35,972 nt of DNA. It comes from Anaerohalosphaeraceae bacterium (lineage in GTDB: Bacteria; Planctomycetota; Phycisphaerae; Sedimentisphaerales; Anaerohalosphaeraceae). The notes beneath the pieces were generated by a model that saw only the letters and a list, made by a program, of their open reading frames with translations, was not told where the DNA came from and made no database searches. Positions 20,124-29,284 of the stretch are shown one piece after another. Position 1 is the stretch's first letter. Each line of letters starts with the position of its first letter. The stretch spans positions 1 through 35,972 of the forward strand of contig CAXXSL010000007.1 in assembly GCA_963675525.2 (NCBI GenBank). The letters run 5' to 3'. The translations under genes and the position numbers were made by a program.

Positions 20124-21895
20124 TTAAAGGGCGTTTTGAAATGCCGCAAATGAGAAAATCATCGGGTATAACCGCTCGGTATACCATAATTTTGCGAAAT
20201 ACAGCCCTATCGGCGAGGCCGGGAAATAAGTACCCTGCCGGGTATTTTCACTTAGCCATCGTAAGGCTTTGCCCACGGCTTCTTTCGCCGCAGGCATCCG
20301 GCATTCCTTCAAGGCATGTATTGCCAATGCCGTTTCCCTCGATGGTTGAAGCGGCTCCCTTTTGTGCCCCCCAGCCCGCATCGTCATTTTGGGCCTCTAA
20401 TAAAAACGTAACGGCTTTGTCATACATGTGTTTGTTTTGCGAATCGTTCAGCCTATTTAAAGTACCGAGCACTTTGGCCGTACCGTAAACAGGATTACTC
20501 TTCAGTTGTGAAAACGGATTTCCAAACCACAGCGGCAGCCACGAACCATCCGAAGACTGACTGGCAGATAAATAAGATACCCCCCGCTCAATCGCCTTTT
20601 CCATTTGCTGTTTGAGTCGCGGGTCAAACCCATCTTTCCATAACGCCCAGGCAGAAATCGCATGAGCCGTCAGGTCAGCGCTGCTTCGGTCAAATTCCAA
20701 CCGGCCCCATCCCCGGCAAAACGTCGGGATGCCCCCGTCGCTATTCTGCAAATCCAGCAGCCATTGAATTCCCTGTGACACTGCAAACAGCAGCGGTTCA
20801 TTACGCACACCCAGCCGATGCAGAGCAATCAATGCTCCGGCGGTATCATCGGCATCCGGCACACCGCCGGGCAGATTCGTCCAACTCCACCCGCCGGGAC
20901 ACGCCCCGGTGTAAGGATGGATCGCGTCACACTGCTGATCCAGATACCAGTGGCAAATCGTTTGTCCTCTCAGACTCTGATAGCGACGCTTCGTATCCCG
21001 GCGGCAAAAGCGCCTCAACCGAAAGGCTCGTCACCCAAGTCGACAAATCGGTATCAATCGGCCAGCTTCCATCCTCCCGCACAGAGCGGACAATGAAATC
21101 GACACCCTTTGATACTACCGGATGGTCCTTAAGTTCCATGGAAGCTAAGCTCATCACAACAAACGATGTCAGCGGTATCGCCTCCAGGAAGCCGCCGTTG
21201 GCCGGCTGTATTTTCTCAAGCTGTCGGAGTGTGCGGTTTCGCCCAAGTTTGCGGATAAGACGTACCGCGGGATTCGCGGGTCGGTCGAAATAAAATTTCA
21301 CCTGTCCGATCGCGATCAGCGCCGGCAGTGCATAGCTGACCACGGTCAATTTCAGCCATCGAAAGAAACCTCTCGGCAGCATCGCCAGTTCAAACGGCAG
21401 CGGTCGGACAAATCGCCAACCGTTTTCGCCCAGCACCCCCGCCAGTGCACACATCGTCAGAATCGGCACCGCAAACGTGCGGTCCTTGCCGTAAGCCGCA
21501 TACACCACCTGCGAAATCGCTTGTGGAGTCAGGCTGCCGGCATATTGTATCAGGCGCTTTTTGGTTTTCTCAAGCGTCTCAGAATAAGCCTCGGAACCAA
21601 CCGCTGAAAAAACAGCATAACACAACAGTGTTGTACTGATGTTACCGGGATCCTGTTTTTCCGCATCGCCCCAACTGCCGTCGTCCTGCTGTGAACTGGC
21701 CAGCCAGCGTAATCCATTCTCGATTAACGAGCGAAACCGGTTTGCATCGACCAGATGAAGTGCAAACACGGCCACCGCCGCAGCTAACGGGCTGGAACTG
21801 AGGTGACCGGCCCAGATACCTTCCGGTGTTCGGGCATCCAGCAACCTCCGGCGGGTATTGGCGATTGTGTCCTGCAGAATATCGTGATCAATCAA
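20124..21895 (-). CDS. squalene-hopene-cyclase-like class II terpene cyclase (two apparent frameshifts, ~20966 and ~20338)
   Basis: QW repeats (QQDDGSWG, QPANGGF, REDGSW, QNSDGG, QSSDGSW) and catalytic PDADDTAG; three ORF pieces join into ~590 aa. Confidence 0.85.
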
Positions 21896-21899
21896 CCTG

Positions 21900-22793
21900 T
21901 TATCCTCTTAAATGTCCAAGTGCTAAAAGACCGTAAAACATGTATTCAGGATCGCTGATCGGATCGAACGCATTAGCACAAAAACCTAACTGCCCGTTCC
22001 AGACCAGATCGACAAAGATCAGGCAGCTTTGACGGATCGAGCCAAGATCATAACCGGTCAGCGACAAACTGTGCAGTGCAACCGCCGTGGAAAGCAGATC
22101 GGCCACCGGTGCCATCGGCATCACCCGGAAACCGCCATCGTCCAAACATTTTAACATCCACCGGACAGCCTCGGTATCCTGCGATGTGCCGGTCAGAACA
22201 CGGCGAACCATCATGGCCGCCGCGGTGCCGGGAACGGATACCGCCGGAATCTGGATCTCATTAAAAAACCCGCCCGAAGGCGACCGCAATCGTTCCACAC
22301 AGGCAAGAATACTTCGAACACTGTCCTCCGGCAGCGGGATTCCCAGATCCTGACAGGCCCCGACCGCCAGAAAGCAGCCATAGGCTGAACCGGTTGAACC
22401 GCTGCGCAAATGGTGATAGCCGCCGTCGCCGCAGCGAAAGGTATCCACCTGCTGCATGAAAGCGGCTCGCAATTCATCATCGAACGGCTCTTCCATCACC
22501 AGCACACGCTCACGGATCAGCGCGCCCAGATGCGCCAAATCCGCCAACCGGCCGCCATTTTCGAATGATGCTAAAAACGGAATGACAGCTCCTTTGTCAA
22601 ATGGCACCTTCAACGCCGTCAAAGACAGCAGCGCAAATCCCGTATAATACAGGTCGCTGTTTTCGCCTTTGCCCCAAAACCCGCCGTCCGGATTCTGATG
22701 CGCCCTGATAATCCGCACAACATCATCCACACGCGGTCCCAGCAAGGTCGCCGAATGGCCCGCCGCATCAATCAGGCTCTGGCGTATGTCCAT
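21900..22793 (-). CDS. prenyltransferase/squalene-oxidase repeat protein (single alpha/alpha barrel)
   Basis: HQNPDGGF, SDLYYT, DGGY, SGGF, DLLSTA and DPEYMFYGLLALG; no DXDD motif. Confidence 0.8.
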   Translation of the reverse strand: MDIRQSLIDAAGHSATLLGPRVDDVVRIIRAHQNPDGGFWGKGENSDLYYTGFALLSLTALKVPFDKGAVIPFLASFENGGRLADLAHLGALIRERVLVMEEPFDDELRAAFMQQVDTFRCGDGGYHHLRSGSTGSAYGCFLAVGACQDLGIPLPEDSVRSILACVERLRSPSGGFFNEIQIPAVSVPGTAAAMMVRRVLTGTSQDTEAVRWMLKCLDDGGFRVMPMAPVADLLSTAVALHSLSLTGYDLGSIRQSCLIFVDLVWNGQLGFCANAFDPISDPEYMFYGLLALGHLRG

Positions 22794-24336
22794 CGCAGCA
22801 TCCCATCGGTTCGGTACCGTTAAATATTTTCGTGATGACCTTCCGTAAAAACGCCTTACAGTCGGCCTGCTGTACCGTATCCAGCGAATCAACCGCACGC
22901 CCGCAATAGCCATTCAGCAGCTTTCGTGCATGCTTGACGGCAGTGTCTTCATCGCTGTCGGCCGCAATCGAAGCAATGATCGAGAACGACTTCTGCAAAT
23001 CACCGGTTTTTCGGTCGTACAGGTCATCACGAATCTGATAGGCGATCCCCAGTGCCTCACTAAACGCATCCAATGCCTCAAGCAATATCGCATCGGCGTC
23101 CGCCAAAATCGCCCCGATCTTCAGGGCAACCGCAAACGCAGGTGACGTTTTTTCCGCAAAAATTTTGATCATCCTTTCTTCGGACAGAATCTCACGAGCT
23201 CTCATACTCTCCAACTCGGCCCCCTGCCCCCGGCAAAGCTGACGATGTCCTTCGGAGGCAACTTTCAAAATCCTCGCTTTCTGTGTATCCGGGCAGTCCA
23301 GATTCGCCAAAAGTTCGTATCCCAAGCCGATCAGGTAATCGCCGACGTTCAGCGCCACCGGTACGCCGTATCGCACATGCAGCGTCTCTTGCTCATCGCG
23401 CATCTGGTCGCCATCTTCAATATCATCGTGGATCAGCGACGCTTTATGGAAACACTCGACGGCAATTGCCGCTTGGCGGACCGTCATCGGAATCGATTCG
23501 GACGCCGTCGATGTCAACGTTGCATAAACCCCTGCCGCCAGCATCGGGCGATACCGTTTGCCTTGATTTGACGTCCACGTCACCGCAAGCCGGGCAGCTT
23601 GTCCATCGCTTTCCCCAAAATAATTTTTGAGCAACTCCGGCTCGAACCAATCCTGAACCGTTCGTTTCAACTGTGTCAAATCCACGCATCCGGCTGTGGT
23701 GTCCTCAAAAACCTCCAACACCTCCATCAGCCAGTCCTCGTCAAAGAACGTATCCTTGCAGCCGTCTTTAAGCAGCGGGATCGCGATGCCCGGAACTGCC
23801 GCCGCTTCCATATACGGAAAAACTCTCTCAAGCACCGAAAGACAACTGACGCCGACGGTCGCCTGTATTTGGCCCGACTCGATCATTGCCATCACCACCG
23901 GCGACCCTTCCGCAACCAGAACGGCGTAGCCGAGTTCTTCGGCACGGTGAGATAAACGGTCGATCACGCATTGGCCGCAATGTTTGCAGATCAGGCCAAA
24001 TGTGTCGATGTCAGCCGGACATGATTGGCTGTGCTTTAAACACTGCGGCAGCAGAAGCAGTCGTTTATTGAACGGCACTTTGATCAAACGGTCCTTCCAC
24101 AACGCATTATTCAACACCACAACCACAAAGGGAAGATACACTTCATCCAAGCCCGCTTGCTCCAGAATCTGACGAGCCGATTGTTTCAATGACCCCAGCG
24201 GTACCGGCGGCACCAACTTTTCAGCGGCAACGTGATCGAACGCAAACAGACGAAGACGGTCACGGTCCTGCCGTTCGGCAGGAACTCCGCTGCACCAGGC
24301 GTTCTCTTTTGACATTATGTTTTTATCATTGGTCAT
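22768..24336 (-). CDS. DUF116-like Cys-rich domain fused to a trans-polyprenyl diphosphate synthase
   Basis: N-terminal RLLLLPQCL...C...CKHCGQC; C-terminal GKRYRP, FARM LIHDDIED, GQ, EKT and SARM YQIRDDLYD. Confidence 0.85.
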   Translation of the reverse strand: MTNDKNIMSKENAWCSGVPAERQDRDRLRLFAFDHVAAEKLVPPVPLGSLKQSARQILEQAGLDEVYLPFVVVVLNNALWKDRLIKVPFNKRLLLLPQCLKHSQSCPADIDTFGLICKHCGQCVIDRLSHRAEELGYAVLVAEGSPVVMAMIESGQIQATVGVSCLSVLERVFPYMEAAAVPGIAIPLLKDGCKDTFFDEDWLMEVLEVFEDTTAGCVDLTQLKRTVQDWFEPELLKNYFGESDGQAARLAVTWTSNQGKRYRPMLAAGVYATLTSTASESIPMTVRQAAIAVECFHKASLIHDDIEDGDQMRDEQETLHVRYGVPVALNVGDYLIGLGYELLANLDCPDTQKARILKVASEGHRQLCRGQGAELESMRAREILSEERMIKIFAEKTSPAFAVALKIGAILADADAILLEALDAFSEALGIAYQIRDDLYDRKTGDLQKSFSIIASIAADSDEDTAVKHARKLLNGYCGRAVDSLDTVQQADCKAFLRKVITKIFNGTEPMGCCDGHTPEPD

Positions 24337-24338
24337 AA

Positions 24339-25889
24339 TTATCCTGCATTGCCATGCTGACGGGCGTCGATCTGCCGCTGCACCCTTTTAAACGCCCCCC
24401 GCCACTGGATTATTTCACCCTTGCCCAACAACCGCATAATCGCCCGCTTGGCCCACGAAACCCCGCCGCAGCGTTGATTGTCCCAGAACAGCAGCGGGAC
24501 CTTGCGGAAGTTGATTTCATAACAGGTCCGGTACAGTTCCAAGTGCTCTCTGCGCATCGTTTTCAGCGTAAATCGCTTACCGGCATCTGCCTCTTCCGCC
24601 AGATAGGGTTCATAAAATACCGGGAACACAACGGCATTTTGATTTTCCAGAAATTTAACCAGTTTCAGCGTGCGTACCACATCGGCGCCCGTTTCGCCCG
24701 GCAATCCCAGCACGAGACTGTACACCCCGAAATAATCGTTTCGCGTCATCCGTTCGGCGGTCTCGTACAAAAGCCCTTCCCAGTCGTCCGCCTTGAACGG
24801 CGCAACCTTACCGGGACAACTCTGTGCGACCAAGTGACCGCTGGCGCTTTCGGCACCCATATTGACCCACAGGTATTTGCTTTTCTTCTCCCACGTTAAA
24901 AGCCGGCGGATTTCTTTTAATTGCTCATCCGTCATTTGCGCCACACTGGTGACATTGGCGTGATCGACCTGCATGAAGGACAACCCCTTGATCTGCTTCA
25001 TCGCAACCAACAACTCACGCAGCTTTTCGAAGTCGGGCTTTAGACCAATCGCTCCATAGCGGAAAAAATCTTCCGAACCGCTGACGACCGCCCCGATGCC
25101 GTTGGACACATTCGTCTCTAAATCCGACAAAATCACATCATGCGACACGTGTTCCATCTTCTTGTTGGCAATGGTACAAAACCGGCAGCCCCGCCCGCAG
25201 CCGCGAGACAGTTCAATGATCCCCATCGCCGAGGCGCCGCGTATCGGACATATCTTATCGGCACCGGTTGCCTTGCTGACAACATGGCCGCTGATTGCTT
25301 TGCCCTCGATTGCATCTTTGAAAAGTAGAACACCTTCGTCTTCGAAATAGCCCTCATACACACAGTCCAGGCACGCCTTTGAAACGTCGTCGCCGTAACG
25401 CGGCCATTGCCACGCCCCGCCACCGCCGCCGATTACTCTAAACCCGTATTTTTCTTTCTGCGCCAACAGGAATGAAAGCTGTCTGCGTGTGAAATAGCGT
25501 GTATAAAGCTCGCCCGACCAGAAATTCGTGGTCGTGGTGTTGCTCATCCCCATCCCCATCGGATCACTGGAACTAAACCCCACCGCCTTTACCCACGGCC
25601 CCATCAATTTCCCGATGGCCTCCGGTGTGGTGCAGACAACCTCATCACGCGAAAGCCCCAGCCGCGTTATCAATGACGCCTCCAATCGACGCAACCCCAC
25701 CGGCATCGTCGCCGCACGCCCGGCCCCGTCTGTTCGAACCGGCGGCGCCACAAACCGGCGCATCGCCAGTTCGGGCACTTTTGTCGTCTGCATCGTCGCG
25801 AATATTCCCTCGAAAAGCGCCTTATAATCGGCGCTCAATGTCCGATCCGCAACCAGAACGACGGCAGGTCTTAATTTTGACTGACCCAT
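24339..25889 (-). CDS. radical SAM protein with N-terminal B12-binding-like domain (GDGT ring synthase Grs-like family)
   Basis: SRGCGRGCRFC (CX3CX2C), GAESAS and LGLPGET. The N-terminal motifs resemble the archaeal Grs family as recalled; not verified by search. Confidence 0.75.
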   Translation of the reverse strand: MGQSKLRPAVVLVADRTLSADYKALFEGIFATMQTTKVPELAMRRFVAPPVRTDGAGRAATMPVGLRRLEASLITRLGLSRDEVVCTTPEAIGKLMGPWVKAVGFSSSDPMGMGMSNTTTTNFWSGELYTRYFTRRQLSFLLAQKEKYGFRVIGGGGGAWQWPRYGDDVSKACLDCVYEGYFEDEGVLLFKDAIEGKAISGHVVSKATGADKICPIRGASAMGIIELSRGCGRGCRFCTIANKKMEHVSHDVILSDLETNVSNGIGAVVSGSEDFFRYGAIGLKPDFEKLRELLVAMKQIKGLSFMQVDHANVTSVAQMTDEQLKEIRRLLTWEKKSKYLWVNMGAESASGHLVAQSCPGKVAPFKADDWEGLLYETAERMTRNDYFGVYSLVLGLPGETGADVVRTLKLVKFLENQNAVVFPVFYEPYLAEEADAGKRFTLKTMRREHLELYRTCYEINFRKVPLLFWDNQRCGGVSWAKRAIMRLLGKGEIIQWRGAFKRVQRQIDARQHGNAG

Positions 25890-25896
25890 TAGTTGC

Positions 25897-27207
25897 TCAC
25901 GATTTATTTGCGACTGAATTCTTTAGTTCCTTGTTGATTCGCACACTGCACCATTCCCGTCCGCACATCGTACAGTAATCCTCACCGCCCTGACCGGGCA
26001 TCGTGCTCTGCTTGCAGGCTTCCTCATACATCGCGCGGGCGGTTTTGGGATCAATGGCCTCGGACAGATGCTTTTCCCAGTCCAGGTTCGCCCGCGCTTC
26101 ACTGATCCGACGGTCCCGCTCGGCGGCGTTACCAAACCCACGTGCGACATCGGCCGCATGGGCGGCGATCTTGCTCGTCACCACGCCGACCCGAACATCA
26201 TCAGCATTGGGCAATCCTAAATGCTCGCGCGGCGTCACATAGCACAAAAATGATGCACCATAAAACGCCGCCGCCGTTCCGCCGATGGCACTGGTAATGT
26301 GGTCATACCCCGGCGCGATATCCGTCACCAGAGGCCCCAGTACATAGAACGGGGCGCCGTTGCAGATTTCTTGCTGCATCTCCATATTCTCTTTGATTTG
26401 ATCATACGGCACATGCCCGGGGCCTTCGACCATCACCTGACAGCCCTTTTCCTGCGCCCGCTGTGTCAATTCACCCAGCGTTCGTAATTCGGCAATCTGT
26501 GCTTCATCCGTCGCATCAGCGATACAACCGGGCCGCAATCCGTCACCCAGCGAAAAACACACGTCATATTCACGCATGATGTCGCACAGGTCATCAAATA
26601 ATTCATACATCGGGTTCTGTCTGTTATGATGCGTCATCCACTTGGCCATCAGCGCCCCGCCCCGACTGACAATCCCGCACACCCGACTGGGTACCAGTTC
26701 CAGATGCTCTTTTAGAAGACCGGCGTGAATCGTGAAAAAGTCGACACCCTGTTTGGCCTGCTTCTCAACGATTTGCAGAATGGCCGTGTAGTCAATCTCT
26801 TCGACACTCCGGCCGACGATGACCTCATAGACCGGCACAGTTCCGAACATCACCGGGCACAGCGCGATCAGCTTTTTGCGGATGTCGTCCAAATCGCCGC
26901 CGGTGCTCAGGTCCATCATCGCGTCCGCACCCGCTTCCAATGCCACCTTCATCTTTTCGATTTCTCCATCCAGCGAAGATCGCACATTGCTGCAACCGAT
27001 GTTGGCATTGATTTTTACCGACACCGCCCGGCCGACCCCCGCGGGCACAAGATTTCCAGCCAGATGAATTTTATTAGCCGGAATTACCAGACGCCCCGCC
27101 GCCAATTCATCTCGAATGACCACTGCATCAACGTCTTCAATTTGAGCGGCACATTTCATCGCATCAGTAATCTGTCCATCCCGAGCCAGTTGTAATTGTG
27201 TTGCCAT
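25897..27207 (-). CDS. thiC: phosphomethylpyrimidine synthase
   Basis: KINANIG, DLSTGG, GIVSRGG, SLGDGLRPG, EGPGHVP, CYVTPREHL and CTMCGREWC motifs; TPP riboswitch upstream; ATG 27207. Confidence 0.93.
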   Translation of the reverse strand: MATQLQLARDGQITDAMKCAAQIEDVDAVVIRDELAAGRLVIPANKIHLAGNLVPAGVGRAVSVKINANIGCSNVRSSLDGEIEKMKVALEAGADAMMDLSTGGDLDDIRKKLIALCPVMFGTVPVYEVIVGRSVEEIDYTAILQIVEKQAKQGVDFFTIHAGLLKEHLELVPSRVCGIVSRGGALMAKWMTHHNRQNPMYELFDDLCDIMREYDVCFSLGDGLRPGCIADATDEAQIAELRTLGELTQRAQEKGCQVMVEGPGHVPYDQIKENMEMQQEICNGAPFYVLGPLVTDIAPGYDHITSAIGGTAAAFYGASFLCYVTPREHLGLPNADDVRVGVVTSKIAAHAADVARGFGNAAERDRRISEARANLDWEKHLSEAIDPKTARAMYEEACKQSTMPGQGGEDYCTMCGREWCSVRINKELKNSVANKS

Positions 27208-27226
27208 ATTAAATCTTCCTATCCAT

Positions 27227-27256
27227 AAAAAAATCGCTTCACTCATGGAAGCGATT
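27227..27256 (-). terminator. intrinsic terminator (riboswitch expression platform)
   Basis: Minus strand AATCGCTTC-7 nt-GAAGCGATT followed by a U run. The 5' arm is complementary to the aptamer 3' end GGAAGCG (antiterminator). Confidence 0.85.
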
Positions 27257-27282
27257 GACAAAACCCAAACCCCATGTCTCAC

Positions 27283-27378
27283 CGCTTCCCTACGCAGGTC
27301 TCATCCGATACAACGCCGGATTCCCTGATCAGGTTCGAAGGGTTTTTCTCAGGCCTAATACCGGGCCACCCCTAGCAA
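27283..27378 (-). promoter_or_regulatory. TPP riboswitch aptamer with enlarged L5
   Basis: Minus strand GCTAGGGGTG...CTGAGA-AAAACCCTT-CGAACCTGATCAGG...CCTGCGTAGGGAAGC, upstream of thiC. Confidence 0.9.
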
Positions 27379-27519
27379 ACGTGCTCTCATTATAGCCAAA
27401 CCGGTTCGGAAGTCAAAATCCCTTTGTCCTGGCAACTTACAAAAACAAAGATATTACTGAAAAACTAAACCGTAAGTCATTTCCTAAAAATAGGTTATGG
27501 AAACAACAGAAGTTTTCCA

Positions 27520-27569
27520 TTGACCTTTTTTCGCAAAACGGTTAAATTGTTATGAACATAAGTTCATAA
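27520..27569 (+). promoter_or_regulatory. promoter with overlapping palindromic operator
   Basis: TTGACC-N17-TAAATT (27520-27548), then perfect inverted repeat TTATGAAC-ATAA-GTTCATAA (27550-27569). Confidence 0.7.
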
Positions 27570-27587
27570 TAGCCGATAGAAATAAAG

Positions 27588-27968
27588 ATGCCAAGACCTT
27601 TTAAAAACAGATGTATCAACGCACAGCCGCTTTCAGTGGTTTACAAACCAGCGGGCATTCCCGCCCGCGAACTGGAATGGGTAACGCTGCACTTGGACGA
27701 ATTCGAAACAATCCGTCTGCTCGACCATGTCGGGATGGATCAGGAACAAGCCGCGATACAAATGGGAATTTCAAGACCCACCGTAACTCGAATCTACGCC
27801 TCCGCACGCAAAAAAATCGCCAACGCCATCGTGTTGGGACAAGCCATCTGCATTGAAGGCGGACCGGTCACTCAAATGCCGAGTCCCCGAGGCCCCGGCT
27901 GCGGCCGAGGCTACGGAAGAGGGCAAAATCGGCACCGACACGGTCACCCAAATGAAACTGGAGACTAA
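27588..27968 (+). CDS. DUF134-family HTH DNA-binding protein
   Basis: MPRP..., YKPAG, DEFETIRLLD, QEQAAIQMGISRPT, ARKKIA and IEGG motifs. Confidence 0.9.
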   Translation: MPRPFKNRCINAQPLSVVYKPAGIPARELEWVTLHLDEFETIRLLDHVGMDQEQAAIQMGISRPTVTRIYASARKKIANAIVLGQAICIEGGPVTQMPSPRGPGCGRGYGRGQNRHRHGHPNETGD

Positions 27969-27972
27969 TACT

Positions 27973-28338
27973 ATGAAAATCGCAATCTGCGCACAATCAA
28001 ACAATTCAGAGTCCACAGTGGATTCCCGATTTGGACGAGCGGGATGCTTCGCCGTTTATGATGATGCCGCCAGACAATGGGAATTCGTGGGAAACACCCA
28101 AAACCTCCAGGCAGCCCAGGGAGCCGGAATCCAGGCGGCCCAGGCAATTGTTGATGCCGACGTTGATGTATTGATCGCTTCGAATGTCGGACCGAAGGCG
28201 ATGGCGGCTCTCGGTGTCAATGGCATTGCCGTTTTTGAAATAGACCCCGGCCAAACAATACAACAGGCTCTTTCGGACTATCAGGCCGGTAAACTAACGC
28301 AAATGCAACAGGCCAATGTCGAAGGCCACTGGGTGTAA
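27973..28338 (+). CDS. NifB/NifX-family (FeMo-cofactor-binding-like) protein
   Basis: MKIAI, VDSRFGRA, GAGIQAAQ and GPKA motifs. Confidence 0.88.
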   Translation: MKIAICAQSNNSESTVDSRFGRAGCFAVYDDAARQWEFVGNTQNLQAAQGAGIQAAQAIVDADVDVLIASNVGPKAMAALGVNGIAVFEIDPGQTIQQALSDYQAGKLTQMQQANVEGHWV

Positions 28339-28365
28339 TTAGAATCTGATTGGAAAAATAAAACG

Positions 28366-29265
28366 ATGAAAACTTTTTTGGATTGTATCCCCTGCTTTTT
28401 GCGTCAGACATTGGAAGTCGTCCGGCTGGCGACGGATGATGAATCCATTCATGAGCAAATTCTGCGCGAGGTACTCAAATTGACAGCCGATATGGATTTG
28501 CACCAAAGCCCCCCTGCTATGGCCCGGCGGATTCATCAGCGGATTCGTGAGTTGACCGAAAACCCCGACCCTTACCGCAACTCGAAACAAGAGCATAATC
28601 AATTGGCTTTGCAGTTATACGAAGAACTTGAATTAAACATCCAACGTTCAGCGAATCCGTTGGAAACGGCTGTACGATTGGCGATTGCGGGAAATATTAT
28701 CGATTTGGGCGTTAAGTGCTCTATTTCTGACCGCGACATCCACCACACGATTCAACAATCCTTAACAGAGCCGTTTAACCATGGAGCGGTTGAACAATTG
28801 CGTCTCGACGCAGCGAATGCCCGGGACATTTTATACCTGGCCGATAATGCCGGAGAAATCGTTTTTGACCGTTTACTCATCGAACAACTGCCGATGGAAA
28901 AAATAACTGTCGCTGTCAAAGGCTCACCCATCATCAACGATGCGACAATGGAAGATGCCGCGGTTGCGGGGTTAACGGACATCGTCACGGTAATGGACAA
29001 CGGCTCCGACGCACCCGGAACAATTCTGGAAATATGCTCCGATGCGTTTGTGTCACGTTTTAAACAAGCCGACCTGATTATCGCCAAGGGACAGGGCAAT
29101 TACGAAACGCTCAGCCATGTTGACAAAAATATTTATTTTATCCTGAAAGCAAAATGTCCTGTTATCGCATCAGATATCGGCTGTCCGATAGGACAGATGG
29201 TGTTAATCAATAAACGTGCCCGAACCAAGGCACGCTGTGAATCAGCCAATAAAACTTTAATGTAA
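28366..29265 (+). CDS. DUF89/ARMT1-like damage-control phosphatase
   Basis: DCIPC, DPY, AIAGNIID, DNAGEIVFD, KGQGNYETL and KAKC motifs. Confidence 0.9.
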   Translation: MKTFLDCIPCFLRQTLEVVRLATDDESIHEQILREVLKLTADMDLHQSPPAMARRIHQRIRELTENPDPYRNSKQEHNQLALQLYEELELNIQRSANPLETAVRLAIAGNIIDLGVKCSISDRDIHHTIQQSLTEPFNHGAVEQLRLDAANARDILYLADNAGEIVFDRLLIEQLPMEKITVAVKGSPIINDATMEDAAVAGLTDIVTVMDNGSDAPGTILEICSDAFVSRFKQADLIIAKGQGNYETLSHVDKNIYFILKAKCPVIASDIGCPIGQMVLINKRARTKARCESANKTLM

Positions 29266-29284
29266 TTGAAAGGAGGTGATACAT

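Noticed and set aside
25897..27207. BzaA/B/F (benzimidazole synthase) rather than ThiC
   Set aside because: The upstream riboswitch is TPP-type, not cobalamin-type, and no cob genes are nearby. A phylogeny would settle it.
27410..27500. GTAAGTC...GTTATG motifs as a dif/Xer-like site
   Set aside because: Symmetry is weak and the match to a dif consensus is poor; no recombinase gene nearby.
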